A DNA stretch of 64,000 bases from Abditibacterium sp. (GTDB lineage: Bacteria; Armatimonadota; Abditibacteriia; Abditibacteriales; Abditibacteriaceae). The notes under the pieces were generated by a model. The model was not told the origin of the DNA, did no database searches, and worked only from the letters and a program-made list of their open reading frames with translations. Each line of letters starts with the position of its first letter. Positions within the stretch are counted from its first letter, which is position 1. A program made the translations under genes and the position numbers. This document shows positions 49,953-59,774 of the stretch, in pieces. The stretch spans positions 1,888,001 to 1,952,000 of the forward strand of contig CBDASK010000003.1 in assembly GCA_965199495.1 (NCBI GenBank), in the 5' to 3' direction.

Positions 49953-50723
49953 ATGTCTCAACAAAAACCAACGCTAATTTTGCCGCCGCGTTACACCGAC
50001 GATTCCAACGCGTTGTGGCGCGCGGCGGTGCGGCTCAATTGGGAAATCGAGCGTCTGCAAAGCTGGCGCGTGCCCGACGAATTCAAGCCGTCGCTTCCGC
50101 TCGCGATTTACGGCGAATCGCTGTGGGCGAACTTCGTCGCTCATCAATTGGCTGGCGAACTCTACGAGCCGCCGCTCGATTGGCTCGCGAAATTGCCGCC
50201 ACAATTTTTGGGGCGTCGCGTCGAGTTTTGCACGCTGTTGGAGGCGCGCGAAAAGTCGTTTCCTCTCTTTGTCAAACCAGCGGGCGAAAAAGAATTCGAG
50301 GCGCGCGTTTACCAATCCGCCGCCGATTTGCCGCCCGACGAAGATCGCCAAGAATCGCAGTGGGTTTTGGTGTCCGCGATTGTCGAATGGGAGGTCGAAT
50401 ATCGCTGTTTTCTGCTCGAAGGCCGCGTTTTGGCCGCGTCATCTTACTGGCGCGGCGAAGTCTCGACGCGGAATGAAACCGGCGCTTATCCGTCGCCGCC
50501 CGATGAGTTGCAGGCAGCCATCGCACTCGCCGAAAAAGTCGCGCGCTGCAAACCCAATTTTGGCGCTCACGGAGTTGTCGTTGATGTCGGCATAATTCAC
50601 GATTTCGGTTGGGCCGTTGTCGAGGCGAATCCGGCGTTTGGTTCGGGCATTTACGGATGCGACGCCGAAAAAGTTTTGGAAGTCGTTTCGCATTGCTTTT
50701 ACCAATCTCATTGCTTTTACTAA
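49953..50723 (+). CDS. ATP-grasp domain protein (DUF4343-like)
   Basis: FVKP...K.F...VY, EYRCF, VVDVG....GWAVVEANP...SGIYGC. Confidence 0.8.
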   Translation: MSQQKPTLILPPRYTDDSNALWRAAVRLNWEIERLQSWRVPDEFKPSLPLAIYGESLWANFVAHQLAGELYEPPLDWLAKLPPQFLGRRVEFCTLLEAREKSFPLFVKPAGEKEFEARVYQSAADLPPDEDRQESQWVLVSAIVEWEVEYRCFLLEGRVLAASSYWRGEVSTRNETGAYPSPPDELQAAIALAEKVARCKPNFGAHGVVVDVGIIHDFGWAVVEANPAFGSGIYGCDAEKVLEVVSHCFYQSHCFY

Positions 50724-50754
50724 CATTAAGAAAGTTGAAGTGAGCGAAAAAACT

Positions 50755-51468
50755 TCAGTCGCTCCAACCAGCCACGTCGCCGCGCGTGACGATGCCGATG
50801 AGTTCGCCACGGTCGTTGCCGCCGCTCGAAATCAATACGGTTTCCAAAAATGTGTCTTCGTGAAACCAATAGGCGATTTGAGTCACCGATAAATTGGGCG
50901 CGGCGAAGCGATAGTTTTTGCGTTTGGTTTCGCGCTCCAACACGTTTTTTACTGGCACATTCGCGTCGAAATTTTTGCCGTTCGATGTGAGTTCGGCGAG
51001 ATAACGCGCGATGCCGCGTTCGGTCAAAAGTCCGATGCAACGAGCGTCTTGGTAAATCGGAAAACGCCGGAATCCGCGCTTGACCATCGCGTTTAACGCG
51101 TCGCGCAAAGCGTCATCGGGCGCGAGGGTTAGAACTTCGCGCGTGAACTCGTCGCCCAATAATTTCGGCTGGATTAAACGGTTGCGAATTGCCTCGATTT
51201 CGCGGACGGCGCCTTCGCCGGGCACGGCGGGATAATCGAACGGACGAACTTTTTCGTGAATCAGAAAATTGCGCAACGACGCAAAAACGCGCAGCGTTTC
51301 GGCGTCGTGCCAATACGGATGGCGTTTGGCGAACAGATCAACCGCCGAACGAAAACTCTGCTCGGTGTTCAGTTGGCGCTGAATCCAATCGTCAATGGTA
51401 TTGTAGGCGGCGATGAAACGCTCGATGCGTTGAAGTTCGTCGGGCGAAGTCAAATCGGTTTCGGGCAT
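50755..51468 (-). CDS. CBS-pair protein with an N-terminal RxxxxH helical domain
   Basis: LRNFLIH; CBS motifs FPIY...IGLLT and LIGIVTRGD. Confidence 0.8.
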   Translation of the reverse strand: MPETDLTSPDELQRIERFIAAYNTIDDWIQRQLNTEQSFRSAVDLFAKRHPYWHDAETLRVFASLRNFLIHEKVRPFDYPAVPGEGAVREIEAIRNRLIQPKLLGDEFTREVLTLAPDDALRDALNAMVKRGFRRFPIYQDARCIGLLTERGIARYLAELTSNGKNFDANVPVKNVLERETKRKNYRFAAPNLSVTQIAYWFHEDTFLETVLISSGGNDRGELIGIVTRGDVAGWSD

Positions 51469-51489
51469 TAGTTTTAGTTTCGCCGATTG

Positions 51490-52314
51490 TTAGATCACGG
51501 CGCGCCAACCGCACAACCGATAAATTATCGCGCGTTGCGGGCGGCGCGCGTCGAACAAAACGGTGACGATTTGTTCGGGTTGCAAATTCCAGACTTGGCC
51601 GCCGACGGTTTGCGAGGCTTCGATTGTCCGTGTTTCGCCGCGCGCGTTATGAACGCGAAACCAGAATATCACGCGCCCGTTTTTGACTTCGACGACGAGG
51701 CCCGCCGTGGCTGCTCCGCGCTGCACCAACCGTTTGCCCGCGCGCGATTGCGGCAAAAAACCGGTCAACGCCAGCCCGCCGACGACCAGTAAAATCAAAC
51801 CGATTGGCCCCATAAACAAAATATGCAGCCACGGCGAGATGCCGTCTTCGAGAATTGGACGCAAACCGGGCGCAAAGGGAAAATAGCGCACTTTCGTTTC
51901 GCTTCCGTCGCGCAAACGCGTAAATGTCGCGCCGTTGACGGGCCATTCGCCGCTATATTTGGCCGCGCCGCCGACGGGCACGAACTCGAATTGCAACATA
52001 TACGATTGCGAATCACCATAGCGCGGGCTGCGACTGTTGGTAAGTTCGTGGTGCGTAATGGTGCCCGGCGTCGTGTTACCAAACGGCAAAATGAGCACGG
52101 CCAACCCGGCCCATAAACTCAGGAAAAATCCCAGCAGGAACATTCCCAGCAACGCGCAACCCAAAAATGGCGCGCCGATGCGCGCGCCACAACCCATTTT
52201 AGGCGCGCGCGAAACCGCGCGACGCGGCGGCGCTGAACGCAACTCGGCTTCGAGTTGCCAACGCGCCTCGACGGCGGCCCAATCGGTTTCTTCGGCGTTA
52301 AAGTCGGAGTTCAT
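51490..52314 (-). CDS. Membrane protein with two DUF3592-like modules
   Basis: TM + GTIT...VRY and TM + GLVV...VLFDARRP. Confidence 0.65.
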   Translation of the reverse strand: MNSDFNAEETDWAAVEARWQLEAELRSAPPRRAVSRAPKMGCGARIGAPFLGCALLGMFLLGFFLSLWAGLAVLILPFGNTTPGTITHHELTNSRSPRYGDSQSYMLQFEFVPVGGAAKYSGEWPVNGATFTRLRDGSETKVRYFPFAPGLRPILEDGISPWLHILFMGPIGLILLVVGGLALTGFLPQSRAGKRLVQRGAATAGLVVEVKNGRVIFWFRVHNARGETRTIEASQTVGGQVWNLQPEQIVTVLFDARRPQRAIIYRLCGWRAVI

Positions 52315-52349
52315 GGAAGTCAAAAATTCTCTTTGCTGCGAACCGCGAG

Positions 52350-52462
52350 GAGGCTACACGTAGGGGCGGGGTTCTCCCGCCCAGAATATAACGCGTCTTC
52401 GCATGAATCGGGTTGGTGCATCCACAAAAGGGTGGGAGAACCCCGCCCCTACGTGTAGCCTC
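52350..52462. repeat. GTAGGGGCGGGG-type REP doublet (33-bp arms, 1 mismatch)
   Basis: gaggctacacgtaggggcggggttctcccgccc ... gggtgggagaaccccgcccctacgtgtagcctc. Confidence 0.88.
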
Positions 52463-52523
52463 TACGCTATGACGCGCCATAACGTGTTGTAATTGTGGCG
52501 CGCCGTTTGCCAAATGCGCGATT

Positions 52524-53231
52524 ATGTCGCTTTTCGAGGTGCCGACCGATGTCGAAACCAAATTACTGGAAGTTCACGCGCGATTGTGCGAAGTTTACGG
52601 TTGCCCGATTCCGCACTTTCACAATCTCGATCCGCTCGACGAATTGGTTTCGGCGCTATTGTCGCATCGCACCAAAAACGCCGATTCGGGCCGCGCGTTC
52701 AAACAGTTGCGCGAGCGGTTCGCGACGTGGCAAGACGTTTTAGACGCCGACGTGGCTGGTGTCGAAGCCGCGATTGCGCCCTGCACCTGGCCCGAGCAAA
52801 AAGCGCCGCGCCTTCAGGCGGTCTTGGCGCAGATCAAACGCGAGCGCGGCGAATTATCGTTGGACTTCATCGAGTCTCTCGATGTAGCCACGGCGCGGGC
52901 GTGGATGGAACAATTGCCCGGCGTCGGCCCCAAAACCAGCGCGGCGGTCTTGTGTTTTTCGCGGTTGCACCGGCGCGCCCTGCCGGTTGATTCGCACCAT
53001 CATCGCGTGGCGATTCGGTTGGGGATTATTCCGGCAAAGCTGGCCGTTGGCCCGTCGCACGCGGTTTTGGAAGCGATGCTGCCCGCCGAATGGGACGCGC
53101 AGCAGGTTTATGATAATCACGAAATTTTGATGTTGCACGGCCAAAAGATTTGCCATCATTTCAATCCACAGTGCGGCAAATGCGTGCTGCTGGATTTGTG
53201 TCCGACGGGACAAGCGGGACAACAACCGTAG
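52524..53231 (+). CDS. Endonuclease III-like HhH-GPD DNA glycosylase
   Basis: LPGVGPKT, PVDSH, C-X6-C-X2-C-X5-C Fe-S motif. Confidence 0.88.
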   Translation: MSLFEVPTDVETKLLEVHARLCEVYGCPIPHFHNLDPLDELVSALLSHRTKNADSGRAFKQLRERFATWQDVLDADVAGVEAAIAPCTWPEQKAPRLQAVLAQIKRERGELSLDFIESLDVATARAWMEQLPGVGPKTSAAVLCFSRLHRRALPVDSHHHRVAIRLGIIPAKLAVGPSHAVLEAMLPAEWDAQQVYDNHEILMLHGQKICHHFNPQCGKCVLLDLCPTGQAGQQP

Positions 53232-53329
53232 AGACGCCGATTTATCGCGTCTAAAAAGTCAAAATTCCCGCGCTACTTCGTCAGTTCATTCACGTTTTAG
53301 ACGCGATAAATCGGCGTCTCTACGGTTGT
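53222..53329. repeat. GTAGAGAC-type REP doublet (perfect 35-bp arms) overlapping both convergent stop codons
   Basis: 53222-53256 is the reverse complement of 53295-53329. Confidence 0.9.
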
Positions 53330-54189
53330 CTTTCCCCAAACGCTCGCATCGCTTCGGCGCGCATAACTTGCGCTGAAATTTCGCGCCCAGCGCACACGCG
53401 GGCGGCATAGACGTTGGTGTAAATCAGCATTCCCAAACCGTCCACGCCGCGCGCGCCGATGGCACGGGTTTCGCGCAAAAGTCGGGTTTCGAGCGGGTTG
53501 TAAACGATGTCGTAAACCGCGCAATCGGGGCGTAGCAGGTTTTGGCCCAGCGGCGTCGAATCTACGTTGGGCATCATGCCCAACGATGTCGTGTTAATCA
53601 ATAAATCGGCGCGCTCGCTGAATATTTTAATTTCATCGCGTTCGAGCGAACCAGCGCACGTTTTTACGCCGTGTTTTTCGACTTCGGCGGCGATAATTTG
53701 CGCGCGTTCGAGCGTGCGATTAAGAATCGTGATGCCGCTCACGCCCGCGTCCGCCAGAGTTAAGGCCAGCGAACGCGCCGCGCCGCCGCCGCCCAGAATC
53801 AACACGTTTCTACCGGCGACCTCGACGTTTTCTTCGCGCAAACTTTCCAGCATCGCCCAACCGTCGCTCGAATGGCCGACGATTGCGCCATCGTCGCGAA
53901 ATTCGAGCAAGTTCGCCGCGCCCATCAGTTGCGCCGACGAATGCAGTTCGTCGCACAACGACAAAACCGCTTCTTTATGCGGAATTGTCACCATCAAGCC
54001 CAAAAAACCCAACGCGCGCGCGCCGAAAACGGCGGTCGCGAGTTGCGAGGGCACAACCCGAAACGCGACGTTGACGAAATTGGAATCTTCGCCGAGGGCG
54101 CGCCAAGCCGCGTTTTGAATGCGCGGCGTCAGCGAATGCTCAATCGGATCGCCCAGAATAGCTAACGTGCGGGTGTGCGCAGAAATCAT
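53320..54189 (-). CDS. aroE: Shikimate dehydrogenase
   Basis: GDPIEHSLTP, VTIPHK, GAAN, LGGGGAAR, INTTSLGM, DIVYNP, GLGML. Confidence 0.9.
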   Translation of the reverse strand: MISAHTRTLAILGDPIEHSLTPRIQNAAWRALGEDSNFVNVAFRVVPSQLATAVFGARALGFLGLMVTIPHKEAVLSLCDELHSSAQLMGAANLLEFRDDGAIVGHSSDGWAMLESLREENVEVAGRNVLILGGGGAARSLALTLADAGVSGITILNRTLERAQIIAAEVEKHGVKTCAGSLERDEIKIFSERADLLINTTSLGMMPNVDSTPLGQNLLRPDCAVYDIVYNPLETRLLRETRAIGARGVDGLGMLIYTNVYAARVCAGREISAQVMRAEAMRAFGERQP

Positions 54190-54226
54190 CGCGCCTTAGT
54201 TTAATATCGGATGTCAGAATTCGATA

Positions 54227-55393
54227 TTAAAACTTTCCATTCAACTGTTCGCGCCAGAACAAACGTTGATAATTGGCCAGCCAATTACCCGCGATTTGGT
54301 CGGCGCTCAATTTAAACAATTTCGCATCGGCGCCCGAAACCGTCGCCAACGTTTGGCCGCGCGCGACTAAAGCGCCGTTTTTGGCGCTCATTTCCCACGC
54401 TTTCAAACCGTCGCGTAGCAGCGCGTTAGTGCGCGTGGCTGCTTGATCGGCGCGGGCTTTGGCGTCGGGCGCGTTCGCCAATTCGAGCAGCGTCACTTCG
54501 CCCAGCGTCACGTTCCATTGGCCATCTTTCTGAGCAGCCACGGCCTGCAAAGCGCCCGCGACTTCGCGGGGCGCGAAATCAATGCCTTCGGCTTTCATTT
54601 CGGCGAGCGCGGCCTGAGCGCGCTCTTCCGAGGGCGGGTGCGTCTGAAAAATGCCCAGCATGACTTGGGGCGCACGCTGTTCTTGCAATTCTAAACGCTC
54701 CATGAAAGTCACCATCGCCGACGGGTTATATCCGGCTTTTTCCATCATCGGAATCGCGGCTTTGTCGGCCTCTTTCTCGAAACCGACGCCGTAACCGTTC
54801 ATAATTCCGACCAACAAATACTGCGAAAACTGCGCGATATTGGCGCCGTTGCTGGCCTCGCCCGTATTGCGATTGCTGCCGCCGCCCACCATCATTCCGG
54901 CCAACGCCAATAAATTCACCCAACCGAATTTTTTGTTGAGTTTGGCGCCGCGCAACGCGTGCATACGCACGTTATGCCCGATTTCGTGGGCCAAAACTCC
55001 GGCGATTTCGTCGTCGGATGAAGTCATGTCGAGCAGACCGCGATACACGTAAATTCTGCCGCCGGGCAAAGTGAACGCGTTAACATCTTTGTCTTCGATG
55101 ACTTTGACCGTGTAGGGAACATCGGGCCGGGGCGAAACGGCGCCCAATTTCTTCGCCATTCCATTGAGTTTGTCGAGCGTAATTTTCGCGGCGAGCGACG
55201 ATTTGGCGTCGAGCAACTTAACTTTCGGGTTCTTTTCCAGGTCGGCGGCGGCTTCGTCGCCCTGCTTGATTTCGGTCGGCGTAGCTCCGCGCGGCGGATT
55301 GTCGGCGTCAATTTCATCGGCGCGCGCCGCAGAAGCCGCGATTGTCAGAGAAAGCGCGAGGGCGAGCAGAGCGCGAGAAAGAGGGCGTTTCAT
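54227..55393 (-). CDS. Secreted M48 family metallopeptidase
   Basis: Signal peptide; NAFTLPGG, AHEIGH, EKEAD, THP. Confidence 0.9.
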   Translation of the reverse strand: MKRPLSRALLALALSLTIAASAARADEIDADNPPRGATPTEIKQGDEAAADLEKNPKVKLLDAKSSLAAKITLDKLNGMAKKLGAVSPRPDVPYTVKVIEDKDVNAFTLPGGRIYVYRGLLDMTSSDDEIAGVLAHEIGHNVRMHALRGAKLNKKFGWVNLLALAGMMVGGGSNRNTGEASNGANIAQFSQYLLVGIMNGYGVGFEKEADKAAIPMMEKAGYNPSAMVTFMERLELQEQRAPQVMLGIFQTHPPSEERAQAALAEMKAEGIDFAPREVAGALQAVAAQKDGQWNVTLGEVTLLELANAPDAKARADQAATRTNALLRDGLKAWEMSAKNGALVARGQTLATVSGADAKLFKLSADQIAGNWLANYQRLFWREQLNGKF

Positions 55394-55480
55394 GGGCGAG
55401 AGTAAGGATTGGACGCTTTTGCCCGCGATTCGATGCCCTTTGTGTCGCGAATGAACGCGAATTTGCGTCGGAGCGCCCAA

Positions 55481-55708
55481 TTAACGCTCGGATTTCCATG
55501 CAGCCACGGCCACTCGATTGTGGTTTAAATCTTGGACAATTATAGGTGCCGGTGTTTCAATCAACGTCTGCGAAACGGTAGTAGGATAGCGTTGCGTGAC
55601 CCGGTGCGCCGAGATTGTCACCGCCGCCGACGTGAAGGCGACCAACGCCAGACTGAGGCCCAGCATCGGCCAAACCGGCAGAGGAAGTGGAGAAACGGAA
55701 GTGTTCAT
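55481..55708 (-). CDS. Small hypothetical protein with one hydrophobic segment
   Basis: ATG-started ORF filling the glgA-M48 gap. Confidence 0.4.
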   Translation of the reverse strand: MNTSVSPLPLPVWPMLGLSLALVAFTSAAVTISAHRVTQRYPTTVSQTLIETPAPIIVQDLNHNRVAVAAWKSER

Positions 55709-55867
55709 AACGACAGCTTCAAACTTGGCTTTGAAGCTACCGCGCAGTATTTAACACAAATTTTGCCGAATTGTTACCGCTCTTTTGTGCGCAAGTTAAA
55801 TTTCGCGCGCCATTGTTTGTTGAAGTAATGAGCGCAAATCTTTTTTATCGGCGCACGGATTCGCCGC

Positions 55868-57337
55868 TCAAACCGCGCCGCTCCGCCGGTTGCGAATCGC
55901 GTGCTGATAGACGTTTTCATATTCGCGCGCCGAATCGCTCCACAAAAACTCCTGCGCCATCGCGTTGCGGCGCATTTGCGTGATATGCGCGGGCCGGTCA
56001 TACCACGTCGAAACCGCCCAGCCCATGCAATAATAGAGCGCCGCCGCGCTCGAATCCCAGAATTTAAAGCCCGTGCCCGCCCCGGTGGCTTCATCGTAGT
56101 TGTGAACCGTATCGTCCAAACCGCCCGTCGCGCGCACGATGGGGAGCGTGCCGTAACGCATTGAATAGGATTGGTTCAATCCACACGGTTCATACAAAGA
56201 AGGCATCAAGAAAAAGTCGCTGCCCGCCTCGATTAAATGGGATTCTTCAACCGAAAAACCGATATAGCTGCCGACGCGGCCCGGATAACGCCGCGTCAAA
56301 TCGTGAAATAAATCTTCGATTTCGCTTTCGCCCGTGCCCAGAACGACGAGTTGCATCGCCATGTTTTCGATGGCACCGGGCAACGCATCGCGCAGCAAAT
56401 CGAAGCCTTTTTGCGCCGCGAAACGGCTGACGATGCCAAACAACGGCACGCGCGGCGCGAAATCTAAACCGAATTTTTCCTGTAACGCTGCCTTGCAAAT
56501 CGCCTTACCGCCCATGTCGTCGGCGCTGTAATTGGCCGGAATGAAACGGTCGGTTTCGGGGTTCCAATCGTCGTAATCCACGCCGTTGAGAATGCCCGAC
56601 AGATCGCCGCGCCGATTGTTCAAATAAGGCGCCAGACCCATGCCGCCACTTGGATCCAAAAGTTCGCGCGCGTGCGTCGGACTCACCGTTGTAATCCCGT
56701 CGGCGAAGTGAATGCCGCCTTTGAGCATATTGATTTGGCCGTGCGCCTCGAAAATATCGGGCTGATACAGTTCGCCGCTCAAGCCCCAATACTTCATGGC
56801 ATCGGCGCCGAAAACGCCGGGATAACCGATGTTGTGAATTGTCAAAACCGACGCCGTTTGCGAGAGGGGCGAAAAAGTCCGATCCCACGTTTTCAAGAAA
56901 GCCGCGCCCAACGCGCTCGACCAATCGTGCAGGTGCATCACGTCGGGAATCCAATTCTCGTCTTTGCAAATTTGCATCGCCGCCTTGGGCAACAGCGCGA
57001 AACGATAAGCGTTGTCGGCGAATTCTTTCGGGTCGCCGTAAATGCCGCCGCGCCCGTAAAATCGGTCGAATTCGATGAAAATCACCGGCACATCTTCGTT
57101 CAACTGACCGCGCCAGATGCCGACCCAATTTTCTTCGCCGTCGCCCATGTGAACACACGCTTGCCCGACCGGCGTAATATCGAATTTGGCGCGGTTAATC
57201 GAGCTATAAAGCGGCAAAAAGACGCGCACGTCATGGCCCATCTGGGCCAGAGCTTTGGGCAGGGCGCCCACAACATCGCCCAATCCGCCAGTTTTGGCGA
57301 ACGGCGCGCACTCGGCGGAAACAAACGCAATTTTCAT
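55868..57337 (-). CDS. glgA: Glycogen synthase
   Basis: KTGGLGDV, HLHDW, TIHN, SRFAAQKG, PSLYEPCGLNQ, TGGL. Confidence 0.96.
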   Translation of the reverse strand: MKIAFVSAECAPFAKTGGLGDVVGALPKALAQMGHDVRVFLPLYSSINRAKFDITPVGQACVHMGDGEENWVGIWRGQLNEDVPVIFIEFDRFYGRGGIYGDPKEFADNAYRFALLPKAAMQICKDENWIPDVMHLHDWSSALGAAFLKTWDRTFSPLSQTASVLTIHNIGYPGVFGADAMKYWGLSGELYQPDIFEAHGQINMLKGGIHFADGITTVSPTHARELLDPSGGMGLAPYLNNRRGDLSGILNGVDYDDWNPETDRFIPANYSADDMGGKAICKAALQEKFGLDFAPRVPLFGIVSRFAAQKGFDLLRDALPGAIENMAMQLVVLGTGESEIEDLFHDLTRRYPGRVGSYIGFSVEESHLIEAGSDFFLMPSLYEPCGLNQSYSMRYGTLPIVRATGGLDDTVHNYDEATGAGTGFKFWDSSAAALYYCMGWAVSTWYDRPAHITQMRRNAMAQEFLWSDSAREYENVYQHAIRNRRSGAV

Positions 57338-57814
57338 GTGTAGAGAAATTTATCACATCAGCCAATTTTGCACGCACTGTAAGAGAATCCTCTTTGTTGG
57401 CCAAATTCTTCTTCGTGCCGAGTGCCCCAAAATTTATCGTGTTCAACATACCGCAATTTATCAGGTATTTAGAAGCCGTTGAAATTTATCGCAGGCGACG
57501 TTCCGACCTGAAAAAGAGCGACCGACTTGACTTACAGGTTACTCCACCAACGCGACATGGCACCAAATCCCGCGATTCCGTGCATCAGCGAACACTGAGG
57601 CGCGCCCTGGCGATACTGATGCAAGACGCCATTGGTGCCGCTTGGATGTTAGAACTGTTGAACCTTGACCGCTTCCGCATATCGTCATATTTTCAGCACA
57701 CGTTGCGCCCGCAAATCCTCGCCAGAATGACTCCATTCCCCATCCGTCACTGCTGCTTTGATGAATTGAGTTTCACGAAATTTATTCCGCCTGACTGCTT
57801 ATTTTTTTAGCTTT

Positions 57815-59503
57815 ATGACTTCAAATCTCGCCTCTTCTACACCTTCGCCGGTTCGATTTTCGTCGCGTGATGGGGCGGTGTTTGGGCTGTTGCTGCTGGT
57901 CGTTCTGGCGTTGGCCTGGAACTTTCTGGGCGCAAAGAGACTGCCTTTTGAAGATGCGGCGATGCTGATGCGCTACGCCGAAAACTTGGCGCAGGGGCAT
58001 GGCATTGTGTGGAACGTCGGGGAAAAACCGGTGGACGGCGCGACCGACTTTTTGTTTTTGTTGGCGCTGGCGGGTGTTCGCAAAATTGGTTTTTCATTGG
58101 AAAGCGCGGTGATTTTTATCGGTGTGGCGTCGCATTTAATAACGACATTTTTGGTTTATTGCGGCGCGCGCTTCACCGGCAAAACCAATCGCGTTGTGGC
58201 GTGTGTTGCGGCTTTGAGTTTCGCCTTCGGATCGGGTTTATTCTTGGTCAAAATGTTTTTTGGCACGCCGTTTTTCGCGCTATTTTGCTCGTTGTCGTGG
58301 GCGATTGCGTTGGTTTTATATGGGCGGCGCGACGATAGTAAGCGCGATGGCGCGTGGAACTTCGCGTTCGCGACATCTTGTTTATTAATGGCGCTGACGC
58401 GACCCGAAGGCGTGCTCATGGCGGTTTTTATGTTGGCGTCGTTGCTGATATTGCGCCCGCGAAAACAGAACTGGGCGCTGATTGGCGTTTTTACCGCGTT
58501 GTTTGTGGTGGCGGGTGGCGCCTACTTCGCATGGCACTGGCAGGTTTTTGAACATCCGCTCCCCAACCCTTATTACAAAAAAGGCGGCGGGCGGTTTTAT
58601 CCCTTTTCTTTGCTCGCCAGTTGGCAAAATAGTTTCGCGTTCGGGCAGATTTTCGCGCCGATTTTCGTGCTGGGGTTACTCGTGCCTTCGGCGCGTCGTT
58701 TCACGGTGTTTTGCTGTGTTCCGCTGATTTTTTTCGCGTCCGTATGGGTTTTGCTCTCGAACGAAATGAACAGTTTGGCCCGCTTTCAATACGCGCAATT
58801 TCCGATCTTCTGTTTGTCTTGGCCGCTCATTTTGCAAAAAATCGCGGTGTTTCCGGCCATCGAGAAAATCGCGCGGCGCAAGCGATTGATGTGGCCCTTG
58901 GGTTTGATGAGCTTGTGTCTTTTGGGCGTGAGTGCGTGGCAGCGAATTCTCATTTTTGAGTCCCGAACGGATGGGATGCTGTCTCAATATCCAAATTACG
59001 AAGCGGCACGCATTCTGGCTCCTTTCGCGGGGCGCGGCTACACATTGGCGACAACCGAAGCGGGTATTATTCCGCTTTACAGTGGCTGGCGTAGCGTGGA
59101 TTTATGGGGCCTCAATGACGCGTGGATCGCGCACAACGGCGGCGTGACGGAGTCCTATTTGGCGCAAGTCCATCCGCAAGTCATCCTCATACACGCGCCC
59201 TACGACGCGCGCCAGGCGCCCCATGCGCCGCCCAAATTAACGTGGAATCCAGCGCGCTATCCATTGGGATATGGCTGGTTTGCAATGTGCCGCACGACGA
59301 CTGAATTCGCACAGAAAAACGGATTTCGTTTGGCCGCTCTCTACAACAGCGCCGGAGATGATTATGGATTTTATTTGTGGGTCGCACCGAATTTTCGGGA
59401 TAGCCTCGCCATCGAAAGGGAATTGCATCAATACCTCAATAATTCGATGAATCGCAACGTACTGGCAAAAACAACCCGCGTTTCGGCAACTTCGGGAAAA
59501 TAG
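57815..59503 (+). CDS. Polytopic membrane protein, GT-C-like glycosyltransferase
   Basis: EDA...RYA.NL..G.G..WN.GE.PVDG.T, TRPEG, LPNPYY.K, AG..P, D.WGL.D. Confidence 0.72.
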   Translation: MTSNLASSTPSPVRFSSRDGAVFGLLLLVVLALAWNFLGAKRLPFEDAAMLMRYAENLAQGHGIVWNVGEKPVDGATDFLFLLALAGVRKIGFSLESAVIFIGVASHLITTFLVYCGARFTGKTNRVVACVAALSFAFGSGLFLVKMFFGTPFFALFCSLSWAIALVLYGRRDDSKRDGAWNFAFATSCLLMALTRPEGVLMAVFMLASLLILRPRKQNWALIGVFTALFVVAGGAYFAWHWQVFEHPLPNPYYKKGGGRFYPFSLLASWQNSFAFGQIFAPIFVLGLLVPSARRFTVFCCVPLIFFASVWVLLSNEMNSLARFQYAQFPIFCLSWPLILQKIAVFPAIEKIARRKRLMWPLGLMSLCLLGVSAWQRILIFESRTDGMLSQYPNYEAARILAPFAGRGYTLATTEAGIIPLYSGWRSVDLWGLNDAWIAHNGGVTESYLAQVHPQVILIHAPYDARQAPHAPPKLTWNPARYPLGYGWFAMCRTTTEFAQKNGFRLAALYNSAGDDYGFYLWVAPNFRDSLAIERELHQYLNNSMNRNVLAKTTRVSATSGK

Positions 59504-59774
59504 ATGCGAGCGCGTGGTGTCACGCCGCTCCAATAGATTTCTGGCATAAATCATCTCGCATAATTTTGCTGTGCGCCAACAAAAATGAGGCCATCGTGCG
59601 CTATATTTTAGGAACAAATTTTAGCCTCGCGCTACGCGCTGCAACTGCCCACCGAATCCGAATCCGAGGCGGCTTGGAGCGAAAAGTTGCGCCGCGAAAA
59701 CGCGTTGTGGGCGCTCGACGAAAAATAAAACGCCCGTTGCAAAAGCAACGAGCGTTTTAATCGAAATCCGAAAC

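Noticed and set aside
57541..57549. ACTCCACCA, resembling a tRNA/tmRNA 3' end
   Set aside because: No upstream T-loop (GTTCRA) or acceptor-stem partner
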